A stretch of 64,000 nucleotides of DNA from Negaprion brevirostris (lineage: Eukaryota). Shown one piece after another: positions 39,001 to 50,914 of this stretch. A program made the translations under genes and the position numbers. Every line of letters starts with the position of its first letter. Within the stretch, counting starts at the first letter, position 1. The notes beneath the pieces are model-generated. The model was not told the origin of the DNA. It saw nothing but the letters and a program-made list of their open reading frames with translations, and ran no database searches. The stretch covers positions 61,458,053-61,522,052 of the forward strand of contig JARDVH010000059.1 in assembly GCA_030324005.1 (NCBI GenBank). The letters run 5' to 3'.

Positions 39001-42000
39001 TGTTTCTAAATGAGGTGAACACAGATGCATCTTTACTGTAGCAGTAGTGACAAGTACACACTAATGAGTGTCACATATGGAGCATGGCATAGCTGATCAA
39101 ACTACTGTTTCCACTACAACACAGACTAGAAAACAGGAACTCCAACAGTGGACAACTCTGTTTTCTTGGCAAAAAGCCTGCAGGGTGCATTGTTGTGTTT
39201 GAAAACACATACTGAGAATTAAATTTTGATGTACTGTACCACATTAACTTAACAACAATCTTTATAAATACCATTATAAATTGAAGCACAAATATTTGCA
39301 GCTGATGGATTTCTGAATTTTATTTTTATATTATAAAGATACATTAAATACCAAACAATTTGAGATTCAGTGCTGCCATATGGTCAGAATTTTTCTGTTG
39401 TTAGTTTTTTTCCAGATTGTTCCTAGTTTGCATTTTGCATTAGCAATTCTTTCTTTTGTCAAGTTCTTTTGTCTGCACAAAATTGGCAGCAGTCCAGATT
39501 CAAAGTAGACCTATTCATTTGCTGACCATATAACCAATGCCATTCTAGTTCACATCAGCCTAGAGAGCTAAGCTCTAAAAGAGAATAAAAGACTTGCTTC
39601 ACCACTGACGAATGGTGTATATATTTTTCTGTGTTAAAAAGGTAATACCATGTCTGAAACTAACAATATAACTTATAATTTCTCATTCACAAGCAAGCAG
39701 CTGCTGAAATACTCATCACATAAAAACTTCATTAACTGCCAAAGCAAACCTCACAGCAAAACTGTCACCATCATCCAAACTGTGAACTGAAAAGGTGTAA
39801 GATTTGAAAGCTGAAAATGTGCCACTTACGCATTGATATATAGTGAAAATAATGCATGACAACAGTAGAAAGTACACGTAAAAGTATGAGTGAGAGGAAT
39901 GTTGTTACGATTAAACTCAAAGTATTGAATAAAAATAGATTTTTATTGCTGAAAATACAAAACAAATCAGACTACAGTAGCACTACGCTTGCTTACGGCT
40001 CTGTTTTAAAATAGTTTTCTGTCCAATGTTTAATCAGGCAACATCCCCTGTTTACTTGGAATAATTTAAATAGAGCTGCATTTAAATATATAATATTCAT
40101 CTCTAACCTTCCCCAAAAATTCGCATGTGGTTTCCTTTAAAAGTTTTAATGTAACTTTATTACTATTTACTTAACATGTTGGTAAAAAGTGAAACAAACT
40201 GGAACCATTCAGATGTGTTATTTATTCGTCTCTAAAGCATAACATGTTTGAAAATAACTGCTGTAATAAAACAATGTAATTGAGAATGAGTTAACATTTT
40301 AAAACAACTTACTATAGAAATTAAAATTAGATGCTCAAACAATACTATTGGACAATAGGAATAAAAGCAAATTCTCTAAACATCCAGTGGAGTTCAGAAA
40401 TAAAATTCCCTTGCATTGAACTGCATGATGAATGTTAAACTAATACTTCCTTAAAACTATGAAAGTGTTCATTTTGAAGATGAAGGTTCAAATTACTAAA
40501 AATTGAATATATAACTTTGCAAGTCTTCTTTATTTTCTTGTCCCCACTGATTACCACCACAGAAGCTGTCCTCCATGGCATCTGTTTACTTCTGACAGTC
40601 CAGTGTGATGCCAGAAATACTTAGGTTTCTGGGGTGGTAATATGTTATTTAAAACTAGATTAGTTTGTTAAGTGTTCTGAGGGTGACTTCAGGTTTGACC
40701 TCTTCTGTGTGTATCAGTCAGACAATGATGTATCATTAACGCATAGCAGCTGTATCCCAATTGATGCCATGAACATAACAGCTTTTTATAGCCATCAAGG
40801 GAGTATAGATAGGGTTCTTTCATTAACCACTAAATGTGATTATTACATTATACGACCTGTACTTTTCTAAATAGCTCATTTGTTCAAATGTTGCTAGTTT
40901 CTGAAAAGTCGATACACGCAGTTACTAAATTACTCCTGTAGCATTTTCATTTATTTATTTGCTGTATTTTGCAACAAGTTAAAGGGTATTTAAAAGACTG
41001 AAAATAAATGGCTTCTTACATGGTAAAGAGCAACCGTGGGCAATTCACAATAGCTACTAATGATATATGGTTGACTGGAGAAAACTGCACCCAGTGCCAT
41101 TTATCAGAAAGGTCAATTCTTACTCATAAGATTCAAATGCTCACAAAGAAAATGATAGTTTCAGTAAAACAAATCAAATAAATCACCAGCATCCTATGGA
41201 AATGAATGAACAGGTATTGCAAAGATTACAAAACTGATTAGGATTCACTGGAAAGATATTGCACTGGCAAGTTAACAATTATTTTCTCATAACAGGCAAG
41301 TTGATACCATTTTGAGAATTGTGCTAAGTGAAAAATAATAGGTTATGTATAACAGATAACAATTTGTGGGGCATTTGGATTGGCACCAGAGCCCACTAGT
41401 ACATGAAAAGGAATTTTAAGCACTCAATACCTTTCTGCGTTTCAGAAAATAGTTCATTATAAAGCAATTTATTAATTTTATCCATTTTTCATTGATTCAA
41501 ATGAAGGTTCAGATGTTGTTGCAGATAATTACAACAGAAAGGAAACTTGAGAATGAATTACAAGGCTGTAATCCAGTCATGAGTGCAGTTGACATTACAA
41601 ACCAAGAAGCATTCTATAAATGTAATCTTAAACACCAAGACTGGACTAGCCTCAAAGTTAACTACACCTGTTACTTTCACTTTTACAAGACATTGAAAAT
41701 GTTCACGTATATTAATAATTGTGGTCTTTTTTAACATAAAATGCTCTATTTCAACTGCTAAACATTTTACTAAATGAAGCTTCATTTAATTTTGCATATC
41801 ATTTTGCATGAAAACATACAGGAAAAAGCCTAAAGGTGATTGTGTATTAATCTGAAGAAAGGGGGAAAATATATTACATATATGGGCATTATATTCAACT
41901 GTACATTGTAAACAAAAAAACCTAAGACACTTCTTTTTGCTTATCTGTGGCTTACTTACTTGTTTTAGCAATGTTAATGGCACCAAAAATAAAAGAGTGC

Positions 42001-43437
42001 ACCTGTCCGTGATGCACCATGCTACTCACAAAAGGATAATGATGCTTTGTTGTGTCACACTGAAGTAGTAACTTTTTGGTTTTCCAGTTTTTCAAAATCT
42101 GAATTTTCTATGCGTATCAGAATTGTAATTTCGATTTGTTACAGGTAAACTTTTACAAGCTCACTAGTTCCAGAGATAATACTGATTATAAAATGAAAAT
42201 AAAAATTGAATTGACAAGAATTTCAAAAAGAGATGTTCCTTAAAGGAAATTGATGTTATTAAGTAGGATGCTAACATTTGTAGTGGGTTAATTTTATCTG
42301 TATTTAAACATATTGATTATTGTCTCATTGTTTAACATTAATTAGATAGTATGCCACCCGACTTTCATGTGTACTATCACACAAAATTACACACTGATGT
42401 TTAAATAATTGCTGCATATGTAATTTTAGTCTTGGGAATACGTTTGATTTCTTTGCTGCCAGTTCATCAAACACACCATGCGTACACTTAACTAGAGATC
42501 TCAGTTCATGCCTCATACTCAGCTCTTATAAGGTCTTCTGTGTTTGTCCTGTAGCCTGACCCACATACAACAGCATACCATCCATTTTTGTCTGTTTACA
42601 CAAGAGATACCTCACACATTTGCCATAAGCAGCCTTGTTCCAACTTCTACCCAGTACTCGCACTCTTGCACATCGGGCACTTTACAAACAATAGGTTTGA
42701 TACAGCTTAAAACTAATTTGAACTATGCAGCACCATGCCAACGGGAGTAAAGCAGCCCCAAAATAATTGATTCATCTGAATTGTACTTTGCCCTTCATGC
42801 TTAAATACTGCATGCACTAAAAACTCAGTCAATTGGATCTAAAGGACATTTTTTAAAAGTTCATTCACTTTGTTACGTAGTAGGCACAGGTAGTCAGATC
42901 ACTAGTTACAAACATTTAGCGAGCTATACCTATATTTGCAATTAGCAAATGTGAAAAAAAATTACTGAGAAAGATGAAGTCCTTCGCCTGGAGGTTTTAA
43001 AATGTTAGAAGGCAACTATTAGCCTATCAACTGACACAGATGTAAACATGATCGCAACCTGTTCAGTCCCAATTTCTGACACAATGAAAGGAAATGAGTC
43101 GGAACTAGTTTATTGAGATCAATGCAGTTTTACTGCCACGCCGCTCAGTCCTGTGAGTAAAAGTGAGGGAAAGCCGCAAAAAGCTACTGTGTGTCCATCG
43201 ATCTGCCCTACCATCCCGGTCTCAATGTTCACTTACAATGCAATACGATGGGCTTCGAAACTCATCGGTACCACCTTATTGTACCCAGCCAAAAAGAGCC
43301 AACTAGCTGCACAAACACTGTTCTCCCTCTCTCACACGCAGGCTTGCATTAGCTTTGCATTGCGCCAGAACTCCAAGAACATTCAAACAGACACACGTGT
43401 AATCATACATGCTTTAGAGAAAACTAAAGTAAATCAC

Positions 43438-43542
43438 CTTATTGCTATAGTATGGATCTAAGCAGGGTGAAGGTCCCAGGCAGGGAGTATCTGTGGAGAT
43501 GTTAGCTGGAGGAGCAGTCTGTAGATAAAACCTCACGTCCAT
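43438..43542 (-). CDS. TOX: TOX (thymocyte selection-associated HMG box) first coding exon, 35 aa
   Basis: Translates to MDVRFYLQTAPPANISTDTPCLGPSPCLDPYYSNK. This matches the recalled human TOX N-terminus MDVRFYPPPAQPAAAPDAPCLGPSPCLDPYYCNK, and the PCLGPSPCLDPYY block separates it from TOX2 and TOX3. The start has a strong context (GAA ATG G). The exon ends AAG|GTGATT, a phase-0 donor after Lys, as in the known TOX exon 1. Confidence 0.96.
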
Positions 43543-44250
43543 TTCAGTGAAATTTGCAGTGAACACATTCAGCAGCTCCCTTTTTTTTCTGGTTTGTTGG
43601 TGAGAGCAGAAAGAAAGAAAGAGAGAGAGAAGAAACAGGAGAGGGAGGAGAGACACCTTCCTTGTCTCACATCCGTTTGTGGTCTACAGTAAGAGAACTC
43701 TCCAAAAAAAAAAGCAGTTTTGTTAGCAGCCTGTAGTTTTCTGAGTCCAAAATAAACAGCTTTGCAGTCCAGTAACACTTGAAGAGGAAAAAAATAAAGA
43801 TCAACTCAGTAAGGAAAGCGTTTCTCTTTCTCTTCACGAGAATTTCCCGACTTTACCCCCCCCCCCTCCNNNNNNNNNNNNNNNNNNNNNNNNNNNNNNN
43901 NNNNNNNNNNNNNNNNNNNNNNNNNNNNNNNNNNNNNNNNNNNNNNNNNNNNNNNNNNNNNNNNNNNNNNNNNNNNNNNNNNNNNNNNNNNNNNNNNNNN
44001 NNNNNNNNNNNNNNNNNNNNNNNNNNNNNNNNNNNNNNNNNNNNNNNNNNNNNNNNNNNNNNNNNNNNNNNNNNNNNNNNNNNNNNNNNNNNNNNNNNNN
44101 NNNNNNNNNNNNNNNNNNNNNNNNNNNNNNNNNNNNNNNNNNNNNNNNNNNNNNNNNNNNNNNNNNNNNNNNNNNNNNNNNNNNNNNNNNNNNNNNNNNN
44201 NNNNNNNNNNNNNNNNNNNNNNNNNNNNNNNNNNCCCCCACCCTTTCCCC
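43543..44250 (-). promoter_or_regulatory. TOX: TOX 5' UTR / proximal promoter region (TSS not placeable)
   Basis: Lies directly upstream of the TOX ATG. Contains CT/GA-rich tracts and locally retained CpGs. The gap at 43870-44234 is flanked by poly-C runs, typical of GC-rich promoter dropout. Confidence 0.65.
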
Positions 44251-44380
44251 CTTGCCAACACCCAACTAAGGTAACTCATACCACAACCAGCAATATTCCA
44301 CCCTCCCTTACCCATATTCTTGTGAAAAGCTTCAGGCGTGATGTGCTGGTAGCAATTCCCCCTATACCCCATTTCGATAT

Positions 44381-44603
44381 TCATAGAAAACCTACAATGC
44401 AGAACGGGGCCATTTGGCCCATTGAACCTGCACCAACAACAACCAGGCCCTTTCCCCGTAACCCACATGTATTTAAAATCCTGATAGTCCCCTAACACTA
44501 AGGGACAATTTATTATGGCCAATCAACCTAACCTGAACATCCTTGGATTGTAGAAGGAAACCAAAGCACCCGGAGGAAACCCACACAGACACGGGGAGAA
44601 TAT
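44381..44603 (-). mobile_element. HE1-type V-SINE (5'-truncated)
   Basis: Reverse HE1 tail and V body (CACCCGGAGGAAACCCACACAGACACGGGGAGAA). Confidence 0.88.
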
Positions 44604-44664
44604 GTTCATTCACAATACTACTATTTCATGTTGTTCAAACAAATTGAATTCAATTTTATTTTTC

Positions 44665-44785
44665 TGTTTTCTGATGAAAAATCATTAAGTTGAACGGTTT
44701 CTCCCTCTACAGATGCTGCCAGAGCAACTGAAGTGTTTCTAACATTTTCAGTTCTTATTTCTGATTTCCAAAGTCTGCAGTATTT
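44665..44785 (+). mobile_element. Decayed Penelope-like terminal repeat
   Basis: TCTGATGAA...CTCTACAGATGCTGCCAGA...GATTTCCAAAGTCTGCAG, similar to the reverse complement of 60830-60927. Confidence 0.5.
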
Positions 44786-45270
44786 NNNNNNNNNNNNNNN
44801 NNNNNNNNNNNNNNNNNNNNNNNNNNNNNNNNNNNNNNNNNNNNNNNNNNNNNNNNNNNNNNNNNNNNNNNNNNNNNNNNNNNNNNNNNNNNNNNNNNNN
44901 NNNNNNNNNNNNNNNNNNNNNNNNNNNNNNNNNNNNNNNNNNNNNNNNNNNNNNNNNNNNNNNNNNNNNNNNNNNNNNNNNNNNNNNNNNNNNNNNNNNN
45001 NNNNNNNNNNNNNNNNNNNNNNNNNNNNNNNNNNNNNNNNNNNNNNNNNNNNNNNNNNNNNNNNNNNNNNNNNNNNNNNNNNNNNNNNNNNNNNNNNNNN
45101 NNNNNNNNNNNNNNNNNNNNNNNNNNNNNNNNNNNNNNNNNNNNNNNNNNNNNNNNNNNNNNNNNNNNNNNNNNNNNNNNNNNNNNNNNNNNNNNNNNNN
45201 NNNNNNNNNNNNNNNNNNNNNNNNNNNNNNNNNNNNNNNNNNNNNNNNNNNNNNNNNNNNNNNNNNNNNN

Positions 45271-45343
45271 TTATTGAATGGCGGGGCAGGCTCGAAGGGC
45301 TAGATGGCCTACTCCTGCTCCTATTTCTTATGTTCTTATGTTC
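45271..45343 (+). mobile_element. Young CR1 3' end (body in gap)
   Basis: Same tail as 5451-5507 and 11064-11145. Confidence 0.85.
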
Positions 45344-46267
45344 ATTTAATAAGTCAAATTCCCATTTTTATTGGATGGAATTTCAAGATAGTCCCTTGAT
45401 TTTACTGGTATTCTGGGAATCACAGTCAATTTTCAATGAAAGCGACAAATCTTGCTTATTCATCATTCTTTCACACAGTTCAAGAGCTGGAAATAACACA
45501 AAGTGTGAACAACATTTTTGATTATGTTTCTTAGCAGTTTAACTTGTAGATATGAATGTGATTAGAGGTGATTCTTCCTTTAGTTAAAATGGAATTTGTT
45601 AAGAGATGTACTCAGCCCAATCCAGAGTATCCTTCACCATCCTACAACCTTCAGGACAGCCGATGTTACACAATATTGGCCCTGAAATTTGTAAAGCTCA
45701 ACATTACAAATTACTTTTAATTTAAATAAGAGGAAGTAAACTTTATAATGATTTTTGCCCAAGGTACGGTATCAACCTTGCTCAGTTTTACAGGCCTCGC
45801 TCACCCAGGAGACTTGAACATATAACTTCTTCTGTGTCTAAAGGCAGACCCTACCCACAGCACCACAGCCTCCACCACAAGTAGTGTAAGAAAGAAGGTC
45901 CCAATTCCACTCTAATCAGAAGAGGGATTGAATGCCATGATGCTAACACCAACCTGATCTATTAGCCAACCAGCCAACTGATCCACCCAGCCCCCTAAAA
46001 AGTCTGAGCTTTTGTGGCAACATACATTTTTACTATGGGTAATGATGCTAGAGGCTGCAATTTCTTCTATTGCAGGCTAACCTGGAATCTCTTCCACTCT
46101 TACCACCTGCCATTGGCATATGTTGGATGGATTTACAGGTTGATACATAATCTGTTTTCGCTGCATTATGAATGCATCTTCCTTGACCATCAAGTCCTGG
46201 GGAGGGATTTGAACCTGGAACTTCTAGGACAATACCAATTGAACCATGAGATGTCCTACATTATCTG

Positions 46268-47041
46268 GGCTGACATTTCAGTGGAGTATTGAAGGATGTT
46301 TGTTCTATCAATTATCTATCCTTCCAATGCTTCATTAAACGGAGACCCTTTCTGTCCTCTCAATAATGAACATCAAAGATTGCATGACTCAGGTTAAAGA
46401 AGAGGAGAGCACTCCTGGTGCCCTGCACAACTGTCATCGCTCAGCCAACACCGCCAAATTAAATTGATTAGTCATTAAGCACAACTTTAGGTCATGAATT
46501 TAGGTCATGGATGTAGCCCAATCATCACGCAAACCAGTCTTGCATCCATTGACTCTGTCTACACCTCCCGCTGCCTTGGCAAAGCAGCCAACAAAATTAA
46601 GGACTCCACACATCCTAGACATTCTCTCTTCCACCTTCATCCATTGGGAAAAAGATACAATAGTCTGAGATCACGTACCAACCAACTCAAGTTCAACTTC
46701 TTTCCTGCTGCTGTCAGACTTTTGAATGGACTTACCTTGCATTAAGCTGATCTTTTTCTACACTCTAGCTATGACCATAACACTACATTCTGCCCTCTTT
46801 CATTTCCTTCTCTATGAACGGTATGCTTTGTCTATATAGCATGCAAGAAACAATACTTTTCACTGTGTGTTAATACATGTGATAATAATAAATCAAATCA
46901 AATCAAATCAACGCTGTTTGTGTGACCCTACTATATCCAGAATGCACTGTTTCTCAATATTACAACAGTAACTACTTAAAAAATGTACCTTCTTGGTTGT
47001 GACATCAATTTGAAAGCCCTGAACATGTGAATGCAAAATAT
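46268..47041 (+). mobile_element. Diverged Deu-domain SINE interrupted by Rex1 fragment
   Basis: Deu-like core at 46268-46476 and 3' part at 46911-47041, colinear with the other Deu-SINE copies. Confidence 0.55.
46505..46910 (+). mobile_element. Rex1/Babar LINE 3' end
   Basis: Encodes SRCLGKAANKIKDSTHPRHSLF..LGKRY..RTNQLKFNFFPAAVRLLN. The 3' UTR and (CAAAT)n tail match the 33664 copy. Confidence 0.9.
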
Positions 47042-47164
47042 NNNNNNNNNNNNNNNNNNNNNNNNNNNNNNNNNNNNNNNNNNNNNNNNNNNNNNNNNNN
47101 NNNNNNNNNNNNNNNNNNNNNNNNNNNNNNNNNNNNNNNNNGGTGCTTTCTTTTTATTTAAATA

Positions 47165-47875
47165 AGTCCACAAGACATAGGAGCAGAAGTAGGCCATTTG
47201 GCCCATCAAGTCTGCTCTACCATTCAATGAGATCGTGGTTGATCTGATACGATAATCCTCAATTCCACTTTCCTGCCTTATCCGCATAACACTTAATTTC
47301 CTTACTGATGAAAAGTATGTCTATCTCAGCCTTGAACATACTTAATGACCCAGCCTCTACAGCCCTCTGTGGTAAAGAATTCAAAAGATTCATTACCCTC
47401 TGAGAGAAGAAATTCCTCCTAATCTCTGTCTTAAATGGGTGACTCCTTACTCTGTGGTAATGCCCTCTGGTCCTAAACTCACCACAAGGGAAATCAACCT
47501 CTCAGTATCTACCCTGTCAAGACACCTGAGAATCCTATACGTATCAAAAAAGTCACTTCTCATTCTTCTAAACCCCAAAAAGTATAGGCCCAATTCACTC
47601 AACTTCTCCTCATAAGAAAATCCCTCCATATGTGGGATCAATCTAGTGGACTTTCTCTGGACTGCCTCCAATGCCATTATATTGTTGCTTAGGTAAAGGG
47701 ACAAAATCCCTCACAGTATTCCAGGTACAGTGTAACCCATGCCTTGTGTAGTTTGAGCAAGACATTCTTATTTTTATATTCCATTCCTTTTGAAGTAAAG
47801 CCAATATTTCATTTGCTTTCCCAATTACCTGCTGAATTTGTATGCTAGCTTTTTGTGATTTATGGGTAAGAGTCC
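47165..47875 (-). mobile_element. CR1 LINE 3' portion
   Basis: Encodes ALEAVQRKSTRLIP..SYEEKLSELGLY..RRMRSD. Ends in the tail ATGGGCCAAATGGCCTACTTCTGCTCCTATG. Confidence 0.9.
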
Positions 47876-48159
47876 AAATCACTCTCATGCTGCTGTTCCA
47901 AATTATGTTCATGAGCCAAGTTCAGAATTATTGAATAGGGTCAACTACAATTATACTGCATTACTAGCATGTTAGAAAGCTCACTGACACTCATAAAAAT
48001 ATATGGACATAAGAAATACCTATTGAAATACATACATATATAACCATTTTTAGACTGCATTGACAGATGACATTGCCTTTAGATTCTTTTTGCTACATTT
48101 ACTTACTTCTCAAATAGTTCCATGAAAGAAAGATGTTATGTATTTCTTGAGAATGGAGA

Positions 48160-48750
48160 AAAGAATTTGCATTTATATAATCCCTTTCACTGTTCCTCAG
48201 AACATTCCAAAATGCTGCACAGATTAGAAATTATTTGCCAAAGTGCAATTACCATTCTGTAGGCAAATATGGAAGGCAATTTTCACACAGCAAGGTTCAC
48301 AAACAGCATAGAATCATAGAATCCCTACAATGCAGAAGAAGGCCATTCAGCCCATCAAGTCTGCACCAACAACAATCCCACCTAGGCCATATTCCCATAA
48401 CCCCACATATTTATCCTGATAATCCCTCTAACCTATGCATCCCAGAAGACAAAGAGATAATTTAGCATGGCCAATGCACTTAACCTATACTTCTTTGTAT
48501 GGTGGGAGGAATCCGGAACACCTGGAGTAAAGCCTCACAGACATGGGGAGAACATGCAAACTCCATACAGACATTGACCCAAGCCAGGTATTGGCCCTAA
48601 ATCCCTGGAGCTGTGAGGCAGCAGCGTTAACCATTGTGCCACTGTACCACCCTATGTGATGAATGACCCCTTAATCTATTTGAGTGTTGAGCTTAACATC
48701 TCAACCAAAAGGCAGAATCTCTGATAATGCAGTACTCTGCCATTGCTGTA
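48160..48750 (-). mobile_element. Deu-domain SINE remnant hosting an HE1 insertion
   Basis: 3' tail at 48160-48306, with the continuation resuming at 48653 (ATGTGATGAATGACC). Confidence 0.5.
48307..48652 (-). mobile_element. Full-length HE1-type V-SINE
   Basis: Runs from the head GGGTGGTACAGTGGCACAATGGTTAAC to the tail GGGATTCTATGATTCTATG. Confidence 0.92.
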
Positions 48751-48789
48751 TCTAACATGTGAGTAATTATGCTCCACACAAACCTCCTC

Positions 48790-49060
48790 CCACCCTGCTT
48801 AAATCCAACTCCTACATCCTTGGATTTCTTTCTCCAAACCTCCCTTTAGATGCACTACTGTAGTCACCTCAGTCAATTCCTGGAGCAGCAAGTTCCACAC
48901 ACTAATTATCCTCTGAGTAAAGAAGATTTTCCTGTTAAATCCATTGGTGACAATTTTATATTTATTGCCCCAATTCTGATTCCCCACCCTCCCCATAAGT
49001 TTGCTAAATCCATCCAATCAAACCCTTTCACAATCTCAAATACCTCCGACAGGACACCTC
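48790..49060 (-). mobile_element. Old CR1 3' fragment
   Basis: Encodes FFTQRIISVWNLL, corresponding to the CR1 FFxQRVVxxWNxLP motif. Confidence 0.65.
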
Positions 49061-49702
49061 TTTTGAGTCTGAGATCATGAGATCATGATAATCATTCTGT
49101 GATGTTTTTATAACTGAAGCATATTCGAAGGGCTATTTGGCAATGGCAGCATGTAACTCAACCATTTAAGTGTGATGATTCAGATCTGCTAACAGTCAAG
49201 AGTGACAGTAGAGGTGTGAGAACATACATGATTCATTAACTAAGCTCAAATATATTTGGGCTAGGGAAAAATAATCCACCAAGCTTCCCAGTCTTATTAC
49301 CCAATTGCCACTACTGAAGTATCCATATGTATTTGGATTTTAGGCGCGAGCAGGATCAGACTTAGCTGTGACTTTTAACATGTTAAGAAGTCCACTGACA
49401 CATATAAGAAAGCAAGAGCAAAGAAAGAAAGAACTACAGTACAGAACAGGTTCAAGCCCTTCAACCCACCAAGTCTGTGCCAACATAGATGCCTCTCTAA
49501 TCTAACGTTTTCTTGACTCTAATATATAAGAATATAAGAAATAGGAGAGTAGTCTATATGGCCCTTTGCGACTAGTCAACCAAACTCAATTTCACATCCT
49601 ACCCACATCCCCTGACTGATTTTTCACTGTCCTCTGGAGTTGAGAATTCTCGAGATTCCCAAATGAAGAATGAAGAAATTTTAGCCAACCACTGATCCTG
49701 AC

Positions 49703-49908
49703 TGCCCAAATTTTCCAACCCTTCCCACTAGCGGGATCTTCCTGTCCCACTGAAGGTGAGCCGCTGCAGTGGGTTCCCTAGTGGCAGTGCAGGCAAGCCA
49801 TGCAAAATGCCATAGGCATTGGCAGGACTGGAAGATCTCACCAGCGGCCAATAGTGAGCCATCTCTGCTGCTGGAAAACCCGCACAGAGGAGCTGGAAAA
49901 TCTTGCCC
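49703..49908. mobile_element. ~205-bp MITE-like element
   Basis: Termini ..AAATTTTCCA / TGGAAAATCTTGCCC and an internal inverted pair GATCTTCCTGTCC/GGACTGGAAGATC. Homologous to 54673-54876. Confidence 0.7.
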
Positions 49909-50914
49909 ATTGTCTACATTCACATATAGACAATTGGTACTTGTGAAACATCCCCCACAGAGCCATCAACGTTTTCTTAGGAGGATGAATGAAGAAAAAG
50001 CTGTCAAAACTTTTTAAAGATGCATTTAAGAATATTTACCAAATTATGCAAGGTTTTTAATTGTTTTCATTTTCTATCACTCTCTTGCAAGCTTTCTGCT
50101 CATCTAGACAAATTTTGATGCCTCCTCTTGTATCCATTCTTCACTTGCCAAACTTATTTCTTATTTACCTGTCTCTTCATTCCTGTTCATATGTGCCAGT
50201 TGCATATGTTCCCATTCTCATGACATCTGGTCTCCTGCCTTGCCAGGTTCCCTACATATGAACTAATTTCTTCATAGTGCCGAGACTCCCTGCTACTTGA
50301 TAATCCACGATGTGATATGGTCTTGTTTATTTTTGCACCTGATTCTGTCATTTTGCATACTTCATGGTTTTCCTTACATATTGAATAATCAAGTGCAGCT
50401 TAGTGGAATACAAACATTTAAACATTGTAAATAGTGAATGAAGCTCATATCTAATTAAAATATAAATTAATGTTATTTATTTAATGAGAATGAAAAACAA
50501 TAGTAGTTACTTGTCTGATTGCCGTTACATTTACTGTAAACTGTGTCCTATTTTAAATCGTTCAGGGCCAATTTCCTATGTTCCTGCTGACAATGATGAG
50601 CCTGATTCACTCGTGATGCAGATAGAGGAACAGTAGGTTTGTACCTTATTGTTTCCTTTCCATTTGCACAGAGAATTACAGACAGTGCCTCTGAAATTCC
50701 CTAATATTCATATGACCCTTGTGTGAAGCTTTTGCAGAAATACAAATTTAGAAGTTACCCTCATGGTGCGCACAGGATGATTGGCTGTGTTGGAGTTGCC
50801 AATCTCAGCTACCACATATCATATCCATAACATAACGACAAAGCAGAACTCTGTGACTGGAATCTTGTGGACTCAGTGCCCACTGTAATTGTGGGATCAT
50901 TTTCAAGTCATGAA

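Larger units (their letters stand above)
1..43437 (-). other. TOX: TOX intron 1 (partial; continues beyond window start)
   Basis: Begins at the GT donor at 43437. No exon-2-like peptide (FDGENMYMSM...) was recognised in 1-43437. TOX intron 1 is known to be very long in other vertebrates. Confidence 0.8.

Noticed and set aside
43088-43101. GGAAATGAGTC as an NFAT/AP-1-like composite site
   Set aside because: The AP-1 half is imperfect and such short motifs arise by chance. It cannot be supported without conservation data.
1-43437. TOX exon 2 or other host exons in the intron
   Set aside because: No FDGENMYMSM-like peptide or other recognisable host protein was seen. A very short or diverged exon, or one in a gap, cannot be excluded by eye.
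1-43437. Antisense orientation bias of LINEs within the TOX intron
   Set aside because: CR1 copies occur on both strands in similar, small numbers, so no bias can be supported.
43543-43656. In-frame N-terminal extension of TOX (ORF called from 43656)
   Set aside because: It starts at GTG and encodes low-complexity CT-repeat sequence. Homology begins at MDVRFY, whose ATG has a strong context.
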